In this document: in pieces, positions 28,538-37,392 of the stretch | Position numbering within the stretch: position 1 is the first letter of the stretch | Layout of the letters: each line of letters opens with the position of its first letter | Source: a bacterium | GTDB taxonomy: Bacteria; Patescibacteriota; Minisyncoccia; Phycocordibacterales; JAGLPS01 | DNA: 64,000 nt | Assembly: GCA_030690305.1 (NCBI GenBank) | Contig: JAUYHB010000027.1 | Coordinates: 79,670 to 143,669, forward strand | Reading direction: 5' to 3' | The notes under the pieces: model-generated | Told to the model about the DNA's origin: nothing | Seen by the model: the letters and a program-made list of their open reading frames with translations, nothing else | Database searches by the model: none | Translations under genes and position numbers: made by a program

Positions 28538-29167
28538 TCATTTCCACAGGGACTTCATAATCGGTTTGCGTTGATCTTCGGTAAGTCTGATTCCCTTAGC
28601 TTTCGTCACTTCGTCTATGACTTCCAACACTGCTGAATGAACGGCATCGGCGTAGCTATTTATGGCGTCATAGCGAAAAAAAGTAACGGGCCTAAAAAAA
28701 TAATAGTAGACGGCACCAAGGAGAAGAATTTTGAGGACGATAGCATCAAAGTCCGTCAATCCTTTGCTCGCCATGCTTCTCGAAAACCAGACAAGCGAGC
28801 CGATTACTCCGGCAAGAACCACCGATCCCCAGAAGAATCCTAACGATGAAATAAACACATTGAAGAAAAGAACCACGATGACAAGCAGGACAAGCATTTG
28901 AAGAGGAGTAAGACGCGACGATATGTCCCCCAATCTCGATGAAAAGAAGAAGCCAGTCCCGAACGGTGCGGCGCATATGTAGCCGATAAGCCGCTCCCGG
29001 CTTAAACGCAGATACTCACGATTACTGGAAAGCAGTCCCCCTTCTTTCCATTCAACACGTGATATTTCCAAGTTGGGTATTTGACGCCGGGCAATGGCTT
29101 TTTCGAGGAGATCGTAAAATTCTTGAGGGGAAGTATTGAAATTTTCTATAAGGTGATGCCAACTCAA
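28538..29167 (-). CDS. Hypothetical membrane protein (209 aa)
   Basis: Central hydrophobic helices LVLLVIVVLFFNVFISSLGFFWGSVVLAGVIGSLVWF. It ends 20 nt upstream of the ATPase gene. Confidence 0.4.
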   Translation of the reverse strand: MSWHHLIENFNTSPQEFYDLLEKAIARRQIPNLEISRVEWKEGGLLSSNREYLRLSRERLIGYICAAPFGTGFFFSSRLGDISSRLTPLQMLVLLVIVVLFFNVFISSLGFFWGSVVLAGVIGSLVWFSRSMASKGLTDFDAIVLKILLLGAVYYYFFRPVTFFRYDAINSYADAVHSAVLEVIDEVTKAKGIRLTEDQRKPIMKSLWK

Positions 29168-29518
29168 AATTACATCTATTTTCTCAGCCCGTTGGATTAT
29201 AAGCCCCTTTTTTGAAATGATAACAATTTAAAAATTTATTATACCATTTCTAAGCTAATGAGTTATAAAAAATGATTGGACGGGTGCATCCCCCATACTT
29301 AATAAAGTTTCATGCCTCTTAGTTGGCAAAGTTTTAAGAATAGCTCAGGCATACCAACATTGCAGTGACACGTCTATTTGATTATCGTTTTACATCTAAA
29401 ATTTCGTACTAAAAATTGATTCAAAACCACTTCCCTTTCCTGTATAATTATATTTAAGTTGGTCTTCAATATTTATCTTGTTAGCACATATCCCTATAGT
29501 TTTCCAAGGAGGACAAAA

Positions 29519-30016
29519 ATGAAGGAAGAGGGTTTTTTGTTAACACTTGCTCAGGTTGGAATAGCGTTTGCTGGGTTTAGTGGGCTGATTACTGTATTCA
29601 GGAAATCTGAAAAACCATGGACACTTATTGAAATCGCTGCTGTAAAACTGATTTTGCAGCATACACTTGGACTATTTTGTTTTTCTCTTCTCCCTGTTTT
29701 TATTTTTTATTGGCATGGATCAGAGAAACAAATTTGGAGGATCTCAAGTATAGCGCTGGCTGGATTTTTTTGGGTAGTATTTGTATATAATTGGCAGCAA
29801 CTAAGACGACTAACTAAAGATGGTCACGTTCCGGCACACCCTAAAATGCTAAAACGTATATTTTTTCCCAAAACAGCTGCTGCGGGCATACTTCAAATTT
29901 TTAACATCTTTTTTGACCAATTTCTTCTATATTCCATTGGCCTAGCATGTCTTATTTTTTCGGCAGTAATACAATTTTGGGTTTCTACTATGCGGCACAC
30001 GAGCAACGAGCAATAA
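29519..30016 (+). CDS. Hypothetical multi-pass membrane protein
   Basis: Start chosen at the ATG with SD CCAAGGAGGacaaaaATG; the ORF track begins at 29459. Several hydrophobic segments. Confidence 0.4.
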   Translation: MKEEGFLLTLAQVGIAFAGFSGLITVFRKSEKPWTLIEIAAVKLILQHTLGLFCFSLLPVFIFYWHGSEKQIWRISSIALAGFFWVVFVYNWQQLRRLTKDGHVPAHPKMLKRIFFPKTAAAGILQIFNIFFDQFLLYSIGLACLIFSAVIQFWVSTMRHTSNEQ

Positions 30017-30021
30017 AAAAT

Positions 30022-30056
30022 AACTGCTTACTATGAAGCAGTTATTTTTAAAATTT
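30022..30056 (+). terminator. Rho-independent terminator
   Basis: AACTGCTT-actatg-AAGCAGTT followed by ATTTTTAAAATTT, 6 nt after the stop. Confidence 0.5.
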
Positions 30057-30063
30057 CGGCTAC

Positions 30064-30168
30064 TTAATCGTAGTAGTTTTGACCTGTGTAAAGCATATAA
30101 ATGCCCGATCCAATTTCAAATACGATAAAGACGCCACAAATTATCTTCACTATCAAGGGTAATTCCAT
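30064..30168 (-). CDS. 34-aa hydrophobic peptide (type I toxin-like or leader peptide candidate)
   Basis: Manual translation gives MELPLIVKIICGVFIVFEIGSGIYMLYTGQNYYD. Strong SD GGAGGAG 4 nt upstream of the ATG. Below the ORF-track length cutoff. Confidence 0.35.
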   Translation of the reverse strand: MELPLIVKIICGVFIVFEIGSGIYMLYTGQNYYD

Positions 30169-30174
30169 TACACT

Positions 30175-30242
30175 CCTCCTCTTTGGCAGTTACAGCCCAC
30201 ATGCGTGATTGCATGTGCAGCTTTTTTCTGCCAAAGAGGAGG
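30175..30242 (-). promoter_or_regulatory. Perfect 15-bp stem (CCTCCTCTTTGGCAG / CTGCCAAAGAGGAGG) enclosing an inner 7-bp hairpin plus T-tract. On the minus-strand transcript it sequesters the SD of the small peptide ORF.
   Basis: Arms at 30175-30189 and 30228-30242. Inner CACATGC-gtgatt-GCATGTG followed by CAGCTTTTTTC (reads as a plus-strand terminator). The SD GAGGAGG of the peptide ORF is part of the stem. Confidence 0.45.
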
Positions 30243-30272
30243 GCCTTCCCAAGAACACAAAATCCTTTCTTA

Positions 30273-30301
30273 ATCAAAGCATACTATCAAAAATTTGTCA
30301 A
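30273..30301 (-). promoter_or_regulatory. Sigma70-like promoter for the small peptide transcript
   Basis: Minus strand TTGACA (30296-30301), 17-nt spacer, TTTGAT (30273-30278). Confidence 0.35.
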
Positions 30302-30396
30302 TACCACGAGGAGGATCGTTCTTAGAAAATAAAATCCAGCCATATAGAGTCCCCATTTATGTTTAGATAAATTTTTAAGAGATTAAAGAATTGTGT

Positions 30397-30430
30397 CCCC
30401 TTCGTAAATGCAGTAGCATTTACGAAGGGG
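30397..30430. repeat. Perfect 15-bp palindromic hairpin CCCCTTCGTAAATGC-agta-GCATTTACGAAGGGG
   Basis: Seen directly. No adjacent convincing ORF. Confidence 0.4.
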
Positions 30431-31364
30431 AAGAAAACCCAAGGGGTTCTCCAAGGGGAAATTTTCAACGCATTTTTTGGCGCGTCCAATTATCCACTAT
30501 TCAATATGGTTCGTCATTGAGCCAGATACCAAGAGAAAGGTTTGCGACTTGTGGAAAAATAGGCTGTACCTATTTTCAATGTGCCCCTCTGCGAGGAATA
30601 AAACATCCCGCTATTTGTCACATTGCAAACGCCTAACTCTCAAAATCTCTCCGGCTCACTGATATAACTCTGCAGTGTATTTGTCCGAAAAACACAGATG
30701 GAGGCTTCTATCTATAGTTTGATCATTCCAGCCCCCTTGCCATTGCCTGCCGGTAAATGCAAAGAATAACTTCTTCGCCGGCCTTTCGGCCGCACGCAAT
30801 GGCAGCGACCTAGAATTCGATGATCTCTAGTTCATCGTCTTTACTTTCCGTGCCAAACGACTTCTCCTCTAACGAAACAATTTCAAATTCTTCATCCGGC
30901 ATAGAAGTAAAGCGGTTGGTTATTAATCTCGACCTTTCCCCCTCTTCTTATGCAAGGGAGTCTACAGATGAGAGCTGGGGTTTAAATTGATAATAAGTGG
31001 GTTCCCTTGTTTCTCTCCTCTGTAGGCTTCCATGCACAAAAGCCCAACTGATCTAAATTCAGCTGGGTTTGGAAAATTTTTAACGTCTCTAAAGTCTTAT
31101 TGTGCGACGTACCAGAGTTATCCACAGTTGTCACATTCGGGGCTACTGTCAAGCACTTCCCCTGAAGTTCATCCGCCATTTCTCAAATCCGACGATATGC
31201 GCGAAAAATAAAAAATTAATAATAATTTCTTTTTCTGAAGAAAAAATTTCAGAAGTTTTTAAAATTTTTGAGAGAAAGAAGAGGGAGTATAAAAACAAAT
31301 GTGTATTTCCCGCCACCTTCCCCCTCCCCCGACAAGGATACCGGGGAATTGTCTGTACAAAAAA

Positions 31365-31394
31365 ACCGCTACGTTAATTTATAAACGTAGCGGT
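31365..31394 (-). terminator. Rho-independent terminator for 31401-32015
   Basis: ACCGCTACGTT-aatttata-AACGTAGCGGT flanked by A7/T7 runs. Confidence 0.5.
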
Positions 31395-31400
31395 TAAAAC

Positions 31401-32015
31401 TTAAGAACGAAGAGAATTCAGAAACCTTTCCTGCATCGACTTTTCATAGTGACTATCCGCTTCCTGGCCCGCACTGATATTTTCCTGAAACACCTTTCCC
31501 GTCCTCAGGTCATCAAGGGCATATGCAACCATTTCTTCAATGTTGCCTTTAGTCACGAGCGGAAGAGACTGCCCCTTTCCCTTTTCGGAATAATGCAGTC
31601 GATTGACGACATACTGCAATCCAAAAGAAAATGCTTTTCCGAGCCCGGAGTATGAAGGGACATAGAGACTTACCCCTTCCGACCTGTTTGAAAGAACACC
31701 TGTGTTTGAAATGCCGTCATAGTGGATTTTGAACTGATAAAATCCCACGGTTAAAACCGAGAACAAACTACGGCAGTGGTTGAAAGCCCTATCTTCCGAG
31801 GGGGTGGGAATGACGCGCAGGAGATACCCCCTGTCTTTCATAAGGTTTCCTGACAGTACCGAAGAATCACCCAAGATTTTCGGGTGACGAAACAGTTTAA
31901 TACATATGTCGCCAGGACATCCCGTACCCGGTTCGGCGATGAGGATGTATCCTCTTTTGAAAATAAGCTTTGTTGCTATGCTTCCTACATTATTTTTGGT
32001 AATGATGGTAAACAT
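31401..32015 (-). CDS. Hypothetical protein (204 aa), no recognised domain
   Basis: ORF with its own downstream terminator. Confidence 0.35.
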   Translation of the reverse strand: MFTIITKNNVGSIATKLIFKRGYILIAEPGTGCPGDICIKLFRHPKILGDSSVLSGNLMKDRGYLLRVIPTPSEDRAFNHCRSLFSVLTVGFYQFKIHYDGISNTGVLSNRSEGVSLYVPSYSGLGKAFSFGLQYVVNRLHYSEKGKGQSLPLVTKGNIEEMVAYALDDLRTGKVFQENISAGQEADSHYEKSMQERFLNSLRS

Positions 32016-32144
32016 TCGCCCTCCTTTGTGCCCGTTAGTATTTGGTTATTGTCATGGAACTTTGACTAGGGCACATTCAAACACGGGCCCAGGGAAATTG
32101 CAACAAAAAACCCCGCCGTTTCCAGTAGGGGTTTTTTGTTTAGA

Positions 32145-32540
32145 TTAGTTCTTCGCTATCTCATCCGCGAGGGTAAACTTTGCCCAACATGGAGAGGATG
32201 ACATCCACGGGCGTGCCCCTTCTCTCTCATAGAGGTCGCGGGCATAGGCGAGGTTGCCATCAAGCGTATAAATGTCCAATCCCAATTTTTTTGAGCGTTC
32301 AAGGTGATAATATTCGTTAATCTGCATCACCCCGACATCGGCACGGTTCACTTCTCCACGAAGAATTTTACCGCCCTTATCATACTGACGAAATCGAGAC
32401 TCACAGTACGCAATCTTGGTCATCACGGGTGTGTCGACAAAGTAATGGCGCACATAGAGTTCAACGTTCGTAGCCTTCTCCAACTGTTCCTTCTCTTCCT
32501 TTTTCACCTGAGTAACGGCGGAGGTTTCCACCCCTGCCAC
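32145..32540 (-). CDS. Lytic transglycosylase (SLT-domain) protein, apparently N-terminally truncated (GTG start, no signal peptide)
   Basis: IAYCESRFRQYDKGGKILRGEVNRADVGVMQINE matches the SLT catalytic ES...GLMQI pattern. In frame upstream there is no ATG, and a TAG lies about 28 codons up. Confidence 0.45.
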   Translation of the reverse strand: MAGVETSAVTQVKKEEKEQLEKATNVELYVRHYFVDTPVMTKIAYCESRFRQYDKGGKILRGEVNRADVGVMQINEYYHLERSKKLGLDIYTLDGNLAYARDLYEREGARPWMSSSPCWAKFTLADEIAKN

Positions 32541-32874
32541 AGGAGAATCGGGAACGATAGTGTTGAACGAGTCGGGAATTTGAGTATTGGTTATATTTGA
32601 AAGAGCGAAGATAATGCTAAGTGCGGTAAGTTCTAAAATAGGCTAAATTTTATTTTGTAAAAGGCAACTTTCGCTTTGGTCTTATCCCCTGCGGAATGAG
32701 ATGTTGGGCGAAACGCCTCTGTCCTGCAAGCCTCCGGAAGAATCAAGAAAGTTTTTTCTATTTCAACCGAAGCGGGCTTTTAGGAAATGAAAAAATCCAG
32801 TTCTTCACTGGACTTCTCTTAATCATAGCAGATTTTAAGAAGAGTGTCAATCCCCTTTTTGTTTTATAATAGAA

Positions 32875-32898
32875 GATACGGCTTAACAAAGCCGTATC
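32875..32898 (-). terminator. Hairpin terminator downstream of the PspC-domain gene
   Basis: GATACGGCTT-aaca-AAGCCGTATC. Confidence 0.35.
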
Positions 32899-32920
32899 TC
32901 CCCTACCCTGCCAAATCAGA

Positions 32921-33121
32921 TTAAACTGCCTCTTCCGGCATAATGACCCAGGCTACGAAATAGGCCAAAATCATCGGAAAAACACCCGTTACAACACCCA
33001 AAAGGAGTGTTCCGAGGCGCACAAGAGTCGGATCAAGCTCATATGTCTCCGCAATACCTCCGCATACACCCCCCAGAATCTTGGTTTTAGTTGAGCGGTG
33101 CAATTTTTTCTTATTTTCCAT
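32921..33121 (-). CDS. PspC-domain membrane protein
   Basis: KKLHRSTKTKILGGVCGGIAETYELDPTLVRLGTLLLGVVTGVFPMILAYFVAWVIMP matches the PspC domain signature. Confidence 0.7.
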   Translation of the reverse strand: MENKKKLHRSTKTKILGGVCGGIAETYELDPTLVRLGTLLLGVVTGVFPMILAYFVAWVIMPEEAV

Positions 33122-33175
33122 TAAATTTGTATTAAATTAACAATCTTCTATCATCGCTGGCATTCTAGCACAAAA

Positions 33176-33204
33176 AACAGCCTTTTCGCAAAGAAAAGGC
33201 TGTT
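33176..33204 (-). terminator. Rho-independent terminator after the small membrane protein gene
   Basis: AACAGCCTTTTC-gcaaa-GAAAAGGCTGTT with a flanking T-run on the minus strand. Confidence 0.5.
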
Positions 33205-33217
33205 TGAAACTATTGTC

Positions 33218-33400
33218 CTACCGAAGGGGAATGGTGGGAGTAAATGAGTTGCCCAGAAAGTTTTGAGACTTTCCAAGGGCGAACTGAAATGTTTTCAGGA
33301 ACAGGACAATGGTCTGTTGTATTTCCGAAAAGATGTCGGGAACAAGAAACTTGAGGAGGATGATAAGCAACCCAAGTCCCAAAACTCGTAATATTCTCAT
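33218..33400 (-). CDS. Small membrane protein (60 aa), paralogue of 33952-34107
   Basis: MRILRVLGLGLLIILLKFLVPDIFSE... is similar to MTTILRVAGFIFLVLAFKQFFPDVFDG. Confidence 0.4.
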   Translation of the reverse strand: MRILRVLGLGLLIILLKFLVPDIFSEIQQTIVLFLKTFQFALGKSQNFLGNSFTPTIPLR

Positions 33401-33607
33401 AGAGAATGGTTTTGAGAGGGACTTGTATCGCAGACGACTATCTGCGACTGAGGCTTAATCCGCCTACTCCCCCTCTATACCGAAGGCTTTATAGAAACCT
33501 GCGATACAGAGAGGGTTTCCTCGTTCACTATCTTTCGAAACCTCAAAGAACTACCTGTAGAATAGCACGAAATTAACAAAAAATCAAGTCTGTTTTTAAT
33601 AAAAAAA

Positions 33608-33642
33608 GACCGGCGGGTTATGAGCCCGAGGCCGGTCTTTTT
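33608..33642 (+). terminator. GC hairpin plus T5, terminator-like
   Basis: GACCGGC...GCCGGTC followed by TTTTT, preceded by A7. Confidence 0.35.
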
Positions 33643-33878
33643 GGAACGGATACCTCTACAGAGAAGAACCACCGGACGAAACAGCATTTCAGACAATTGA
33701 AACACTCAACGTCGTGCTACTTCCTAAAGTATACAGTTTTTATTAAAAAAAGGTCAAGAAAAAAGGCCGGAGGGGGTGTCTATTCCTTAGCTTATGGCTT
33801 CGATATAACCGCCTTTGCCTTTTCCCCTCCAGCTTCCTGCATCCTCATTCAGTATACATATTTTTAAATAAAAACAAA

Positions 33879-33910
33879 CCACCCCTCCGCCTGTTACAGC
33901 GGAGGGGTGG
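33879..33910 (-). terminator. Rho-independent terminator
   Basis: CCACCCCTCCGC-ctgttaca-GCGGAGGGGTGG with TTTGTTTTTATTT following on the minus strand. Confidence 0.5.
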
Positions 33911-33951
33911 TGTTAATAAAAGTTACCGAACTACTGTGGGCTCCCAGTTCC

Positions 33952-34107
33952 CTATCTCGCGATAGAAGGAATGGGGCTCGCTTGGAGGAAGTCGGGGCCT
34001 AAAAGCCCAAGCATCGCTTTCTCCATCCCGTCAAACACATCCGGAAAGAATTGTTTGAACGCCAGGACGAGGAAAATGAACCCCGCTACCCGTAATATTG
34101 TCGTCAT
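33952..34107 (-). CDS. Small membrane protein (51 aa from the internal Met), paralogue of 33218-33400
   Basis: The ORF track gives 33952-34158. The internal start MTTILRVAGFIF aligns with the paralogue. Confidence 0.35.
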   Translation of the reverse strand: MTTILRVAGFIFLVLAFKQFFPDVFDGMEKAMLGLLGPDFLQASPIPSIAR

Positions 34108-34320
34108 TTCTTTGGACAGAAGAGACTTCACACGGTGCTCGACGCCCACACACCGCATGCGGAAGATTCATCCCTTGATGAAATTCATCTTTCGATGAGC
34201 CACTCCTCTGCAATTCCAATAGTACCACTTTTCAAGCCCTTCGTCAATTACGAATCACTTTTTGGCAAAAGTCAAAAAGGGCTAATTTTGCTTTAAATGT
34301 TCTATACTTAAAAAATACTT

Positions 34321-34950
34321 ATGCACAGCAAGAAGCTAATTCAATACACCATCTCCCTCGGCGCGCTTGCCGCAGTCTTCTACCCTATCTTTGTATGGTT
34401 CGGGAATTCGGATTTGTCGTGGAACAAAACGGTGGTGTTTGAAATTTTCCCCGTGCTTGGGCTGATCGCGTTTTCCATCATGTGGCTCCATATTGTCGGA
34501 GGGCCTTTCAGAGAAAAGTTGGAGCAATATTTTGATTACAAAAAGTTTATGACGATTTCTTCTATCGTTGTTTTAATCTGCATCGTTCTCCACCCCCTTT
34601 TAATCTATGTCGGTTTCTGGCTTATCGGAGTTAAAGGAAGCGGATTTACGTATGCTCCGGGCGATAAACAATACCTCGTATGGTTTGCCATTGTTGCATG
34701 GCTGATTTTTGTCGCTTATGACATTTTAAAGAAATTTAAGAATACCGATTTTTTTGTGCGACATTGGTACATCGTTAAACTCATCGCAACGCTCGGTTTC
34801 TTTCTTATCCTTTTCCATTCCCTCGGTCTCGGAGGAGATTTGCGCACAGGTTCCTTGCGGTATGTGTGGATTTTCTATGGCATTACTGCCGCAATCGCCG
34901 CGATATATACCTACGGCATTCAGCCGTTTTTCAAACTAAAAAGTGTATAA
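34321..34950 (+). CDS. Hypothetical multi-pass membrane protein
   Basis: 209 aa with at least 5 hydrophobic helices. Confidence 0.4.
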   Translation: MHSKKLIQYTISLGALAAVFYPIFVWFGNSDLSWNKTVVFEIFPVLGLIAFSIMWLHIVGGPFREKLEQYFDYKKFMTISSIVVLICIVLHPLLIYVGFWLIGVKGSGFTYAPGDKQYLVWFAIVAWLIFVAYDILKKFKNTDFFVRHWYIVKLIATLGFFLILFHSLGLGGDLRTGSLRYVWIFYGITAAIAAIYTYGIQPFFKLKSV

Positions 34951-34953
34951 CAT

Positions 34954-35421
34954 CTATTGAGTAGGCGGTGTTGATACTCGGGACGCTCCCCCAATTTGAA
35001 CTGTTTGAGCGGTTATACTGCCATCTTGGTTCGCCGTACCAGTAATAACAATTTGTTCACCGGTTTTCAAATCGTCTGCCGAACCAACTGTGTTTTCTGA
35101 TATTTTTGTACTTTCCGAAAATAGGATAATCTTTGAACCTCCGTCCTGCAGTTTAACGGTAATACTCTGTTCGTCTTTTGAAATAATTTCTCCCGTAACA
35201 AAAGAAGAGCCTCCCCGCGTACCGTTTCCTTGCATCACTATCCCCACATTTTCACCCAACTGTTGCGTACGCTCTTGCCGCTCTTCGGCGGAAAGATTGG
35301 AAAAATTACCGCCTTGAAATGTCGCGGCAGTATTGTTTTGTGCATACTTCATGCCCCCGAAAAATGAAGCGCTTCCGACAATGACTACTCCGACTACGGT
35401 TCCTGCAATGATTTTATTCAT
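34954..35421 (-). CDS. Membrane-anchored/secreted hypothetical protein (DUF5666-like beta-rich C-terminus)
   Basis: N-terminal TM, then Gly/Thr-rich beta-like segments. Confidence 0.35.
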   Translation of the reverse strand: MNKIIAGTVVGVVIVGSASFFGGMKYAQNNTAATFQGGNFSNLSAEERQERTQQLGENVGIVMQGNGTRGGSSFVTGEIISKDEQSITVKLQDGGSKIILFSESTKISENTVGSADDLKTGEQIVITGTANQDGSITAQTVQIGGASRVSTPPTQ

Positions 35422-35452
35422 AATTTTTTCTTTATTGTTTAATTTTTACTGA

Positions 35453-36676
35453 TTATTCGTATCTTAATGCTTCTATCGGATTAAGCGCCGCCGCCCGCCG
35501 TGCCGGATAATAACCGAATACTATGCCGATAACCGCCGACACGCCAAAGGCAAGAAGAATTGAAAAAATAGAAACCTCCGTTTGAATAAGTCCTAAAGCG
35601 GTAATCGTAAACGATATCCCCCACCCCAGGACAACTCCGACAAATCCTCCAACAAATGTGAGCATAATTGCTTCCGCGAGAAATTGAAGACTGATATCTC
35701 TGCGTTTTGCACCAATGGCTTTGCGCAGGCCGATTTCTCTCGTCCGTTCGGTAACGGTCGTGAGCATCATATTCATAATGCCGATGCCTCCCACGAGAAG
35801 CGAGATGCCAGCCACGGCGGCGAGTAAAATAGTAAATGTCTGCGTGATGCTTGAAGCGGTTGAAATGATGTCTTCCTGATTCAAAATACTGAAATCCGCC
35901 TGCGTGGAGTCGGAGATTTTATGTCTCATTAATAAAAGGTCGGTGATATCCTGCGCCACCTGTTTCATAACGTCCGCGTCGGCAGCTTGCACGTTGATGC
36001 TGGTTACGTACTTGTCTCCCGTAAGATACCGTTGGGCGGTAATAAGAGGAATGTATATTTGGTCGTCCTGGTTTGTGAAACCGGAACCTCCCTTTGTTTC
36101 AGTTACGCCAACAATTTTGAATTGCAGCTGGTTGATTCGGATTGTTTGTCCTATAACAGAAGCGCCTTCTCCGAACAAATCATCGCTTACGGTGGGTCCG
36201 ATTACGGCGACTTTTGACCCCGAAGCGTTATGCGTATCTGAAATGAACGAGCCTTCGGCTATGGCGACATTGCGCACCGCAGGATAACTTGAAGTAACGC
36301 CAACCACGGACGTATTCGTATTGGTGCCTTTTGCTGTCACCTGATAGCGGCTGGAAACTTCTGGCGAAATAGCGTTAACCGATGAAACTTCGGACAATAT
36401 CGCTTCGGCGTCTTCCAAAGTAAGCGTTTGTGCCGAGCCGCGGCCTGTTGATGCGCCGAATCCTATCGTACGCTGCGCACCGGGTGAAATTTGAATAAGG
36501 TTTGAACCGAGAGATTGTATGCTTGATTGAATCGTCCCTTGTGCCCCCGTGCCAATAGCGACCATCGTGATAACGGAAGAGATGCCGATAACAATGCCGA
36601 GCATGGTAAGTCCCGACCGGACTTTGTTTCCTGAAAGGGCTGTGTATGTTTCGCCTAAAATATCGGAAAATTTCAT
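35453..36676 (-). CDS. ABC transporter permease, MacB/FtsX family
   Basis: 407 aa: N-terminal TM, large periplasmic domain, three C-terminal TMs. Confidence 0.6.
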   Translation of the reverse strand: MKFSDILGETYTALSGNKVRSGLTMLGIVIGISSVITMVAIGTGAQGTIQSSIQSLGSNLIQISPGAQRTIGFGASTGRGSAQTLTLEDAEAILSEVSSVNAISPEVSSRYQVTAKGTNTNTSVVGVTSSYPAVRNVAIAEGSFISDTHNASGSKVAVIGPTVSDDLFGEGASVIGQTIRINQLQFKIVGVTETKGGSGFTNQDDQIYIPLITAQRYLTGDKYVTSINVQAADADVMKQVAQDITDLLLMRHKISDSTQADFSILNQEDIISTASSITQTFTILLAAVAGISLLVGGIGIMNMMLTTVTERTREIGLRKAIGAKRRDISLQFLAEAIMLTFVGGFVGVVLGWGISFTITALGLIQTEVSIFSILLAFGVSAVIGIVFGYYPARRAAALNPIEALRYE

Positions 36677-37386
36677 TGGTTTTTTTGGCCGACTTTTCGG
36701 CGAACATGCCGTTTTGAATCGTCAACAATAAGGCCGTCCCGAAGAGAAATGATGCGCTCCGCGTGTTCGGCAATATCATGTTCGTGAGTAATAAGAATTA
36801 TCGTGCGTCCATGCTCTTTATTAAGACGGTCAAAGGTTCCGAGAACGATTTCCCCCGTTTTTGTATCGAGATTTCCCGTCGGTTCGTCGGCAAGAATCAT
36901 CGTCGGGTCATTCACCAAAGCCCGGGCAATGGCAACGCGTTGAATCTGCCCGCCGGAGAGTTCGTTTGATTTATGTTCGAAGTGTTCGGAAGTTAAGCCT
37001 GCGGCGATAAGGGCTTTATGCGCACGCTGTAGCCTTTCCTCTTCGCCGATTCCCGCATATATTAAAGGAAGAACGGTATTGCGTACGACGGTTGTGCGCG
37101 GAAGAAGGTTGAATGACTGAAATACAAAGCCGATGTTTTGGTTACGTATTTCCGCCAATTCGTCATCGGAGAGCTGCGAAACGTCTTTGCCGTTGAGATG
37201 ATATGCGCCGGAAGTCGGCGTGTCGAGGCATCCCAATATATGCATAAGCGTTGATTTGCCCGAACCCGAAGGTCCCATAATTGCGACAAACTCACCGTCC
37301 TGAATGGTAAAAGAAACTCCCCGAAGCGCTTGAAAAGCGGTCTCTCCGGATCCGTATGTCTTGGTAACGTCGCGTATTTCTATCAT
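36673..37386 (-). CDS. ABC transporter ATP-binding protein (MacB/LolD-type)
   Basis: Walker [11 protein letters not shown], signature [15 protein letters not shown], Walker [12 protein letters not shown]. Confidence 0.75.
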   Translation of the reverse strand: MIEIRDVTKTYGSGETAFQALRGVSFTIQDGEFVAIMGPSGSGKSTLMHILGCLDTPTSGAYHLNGKDVSQLSDDELAEIRNQNIGFVFQSFNLLPRTTVVRNTVLPLIYAGIGEEERLQRAHKALIAAGLTSEHFEHKSNELSGGQIQRVAIARALVNDPTMILADEPTGNLDTKTGEIVLGTFDRLNKEHGRTIILITHEHDIAEHAERIISLRDGLIVDDSKRHVRRKVGQKNQ

Positions 37387-37392
37387 ATTTTG

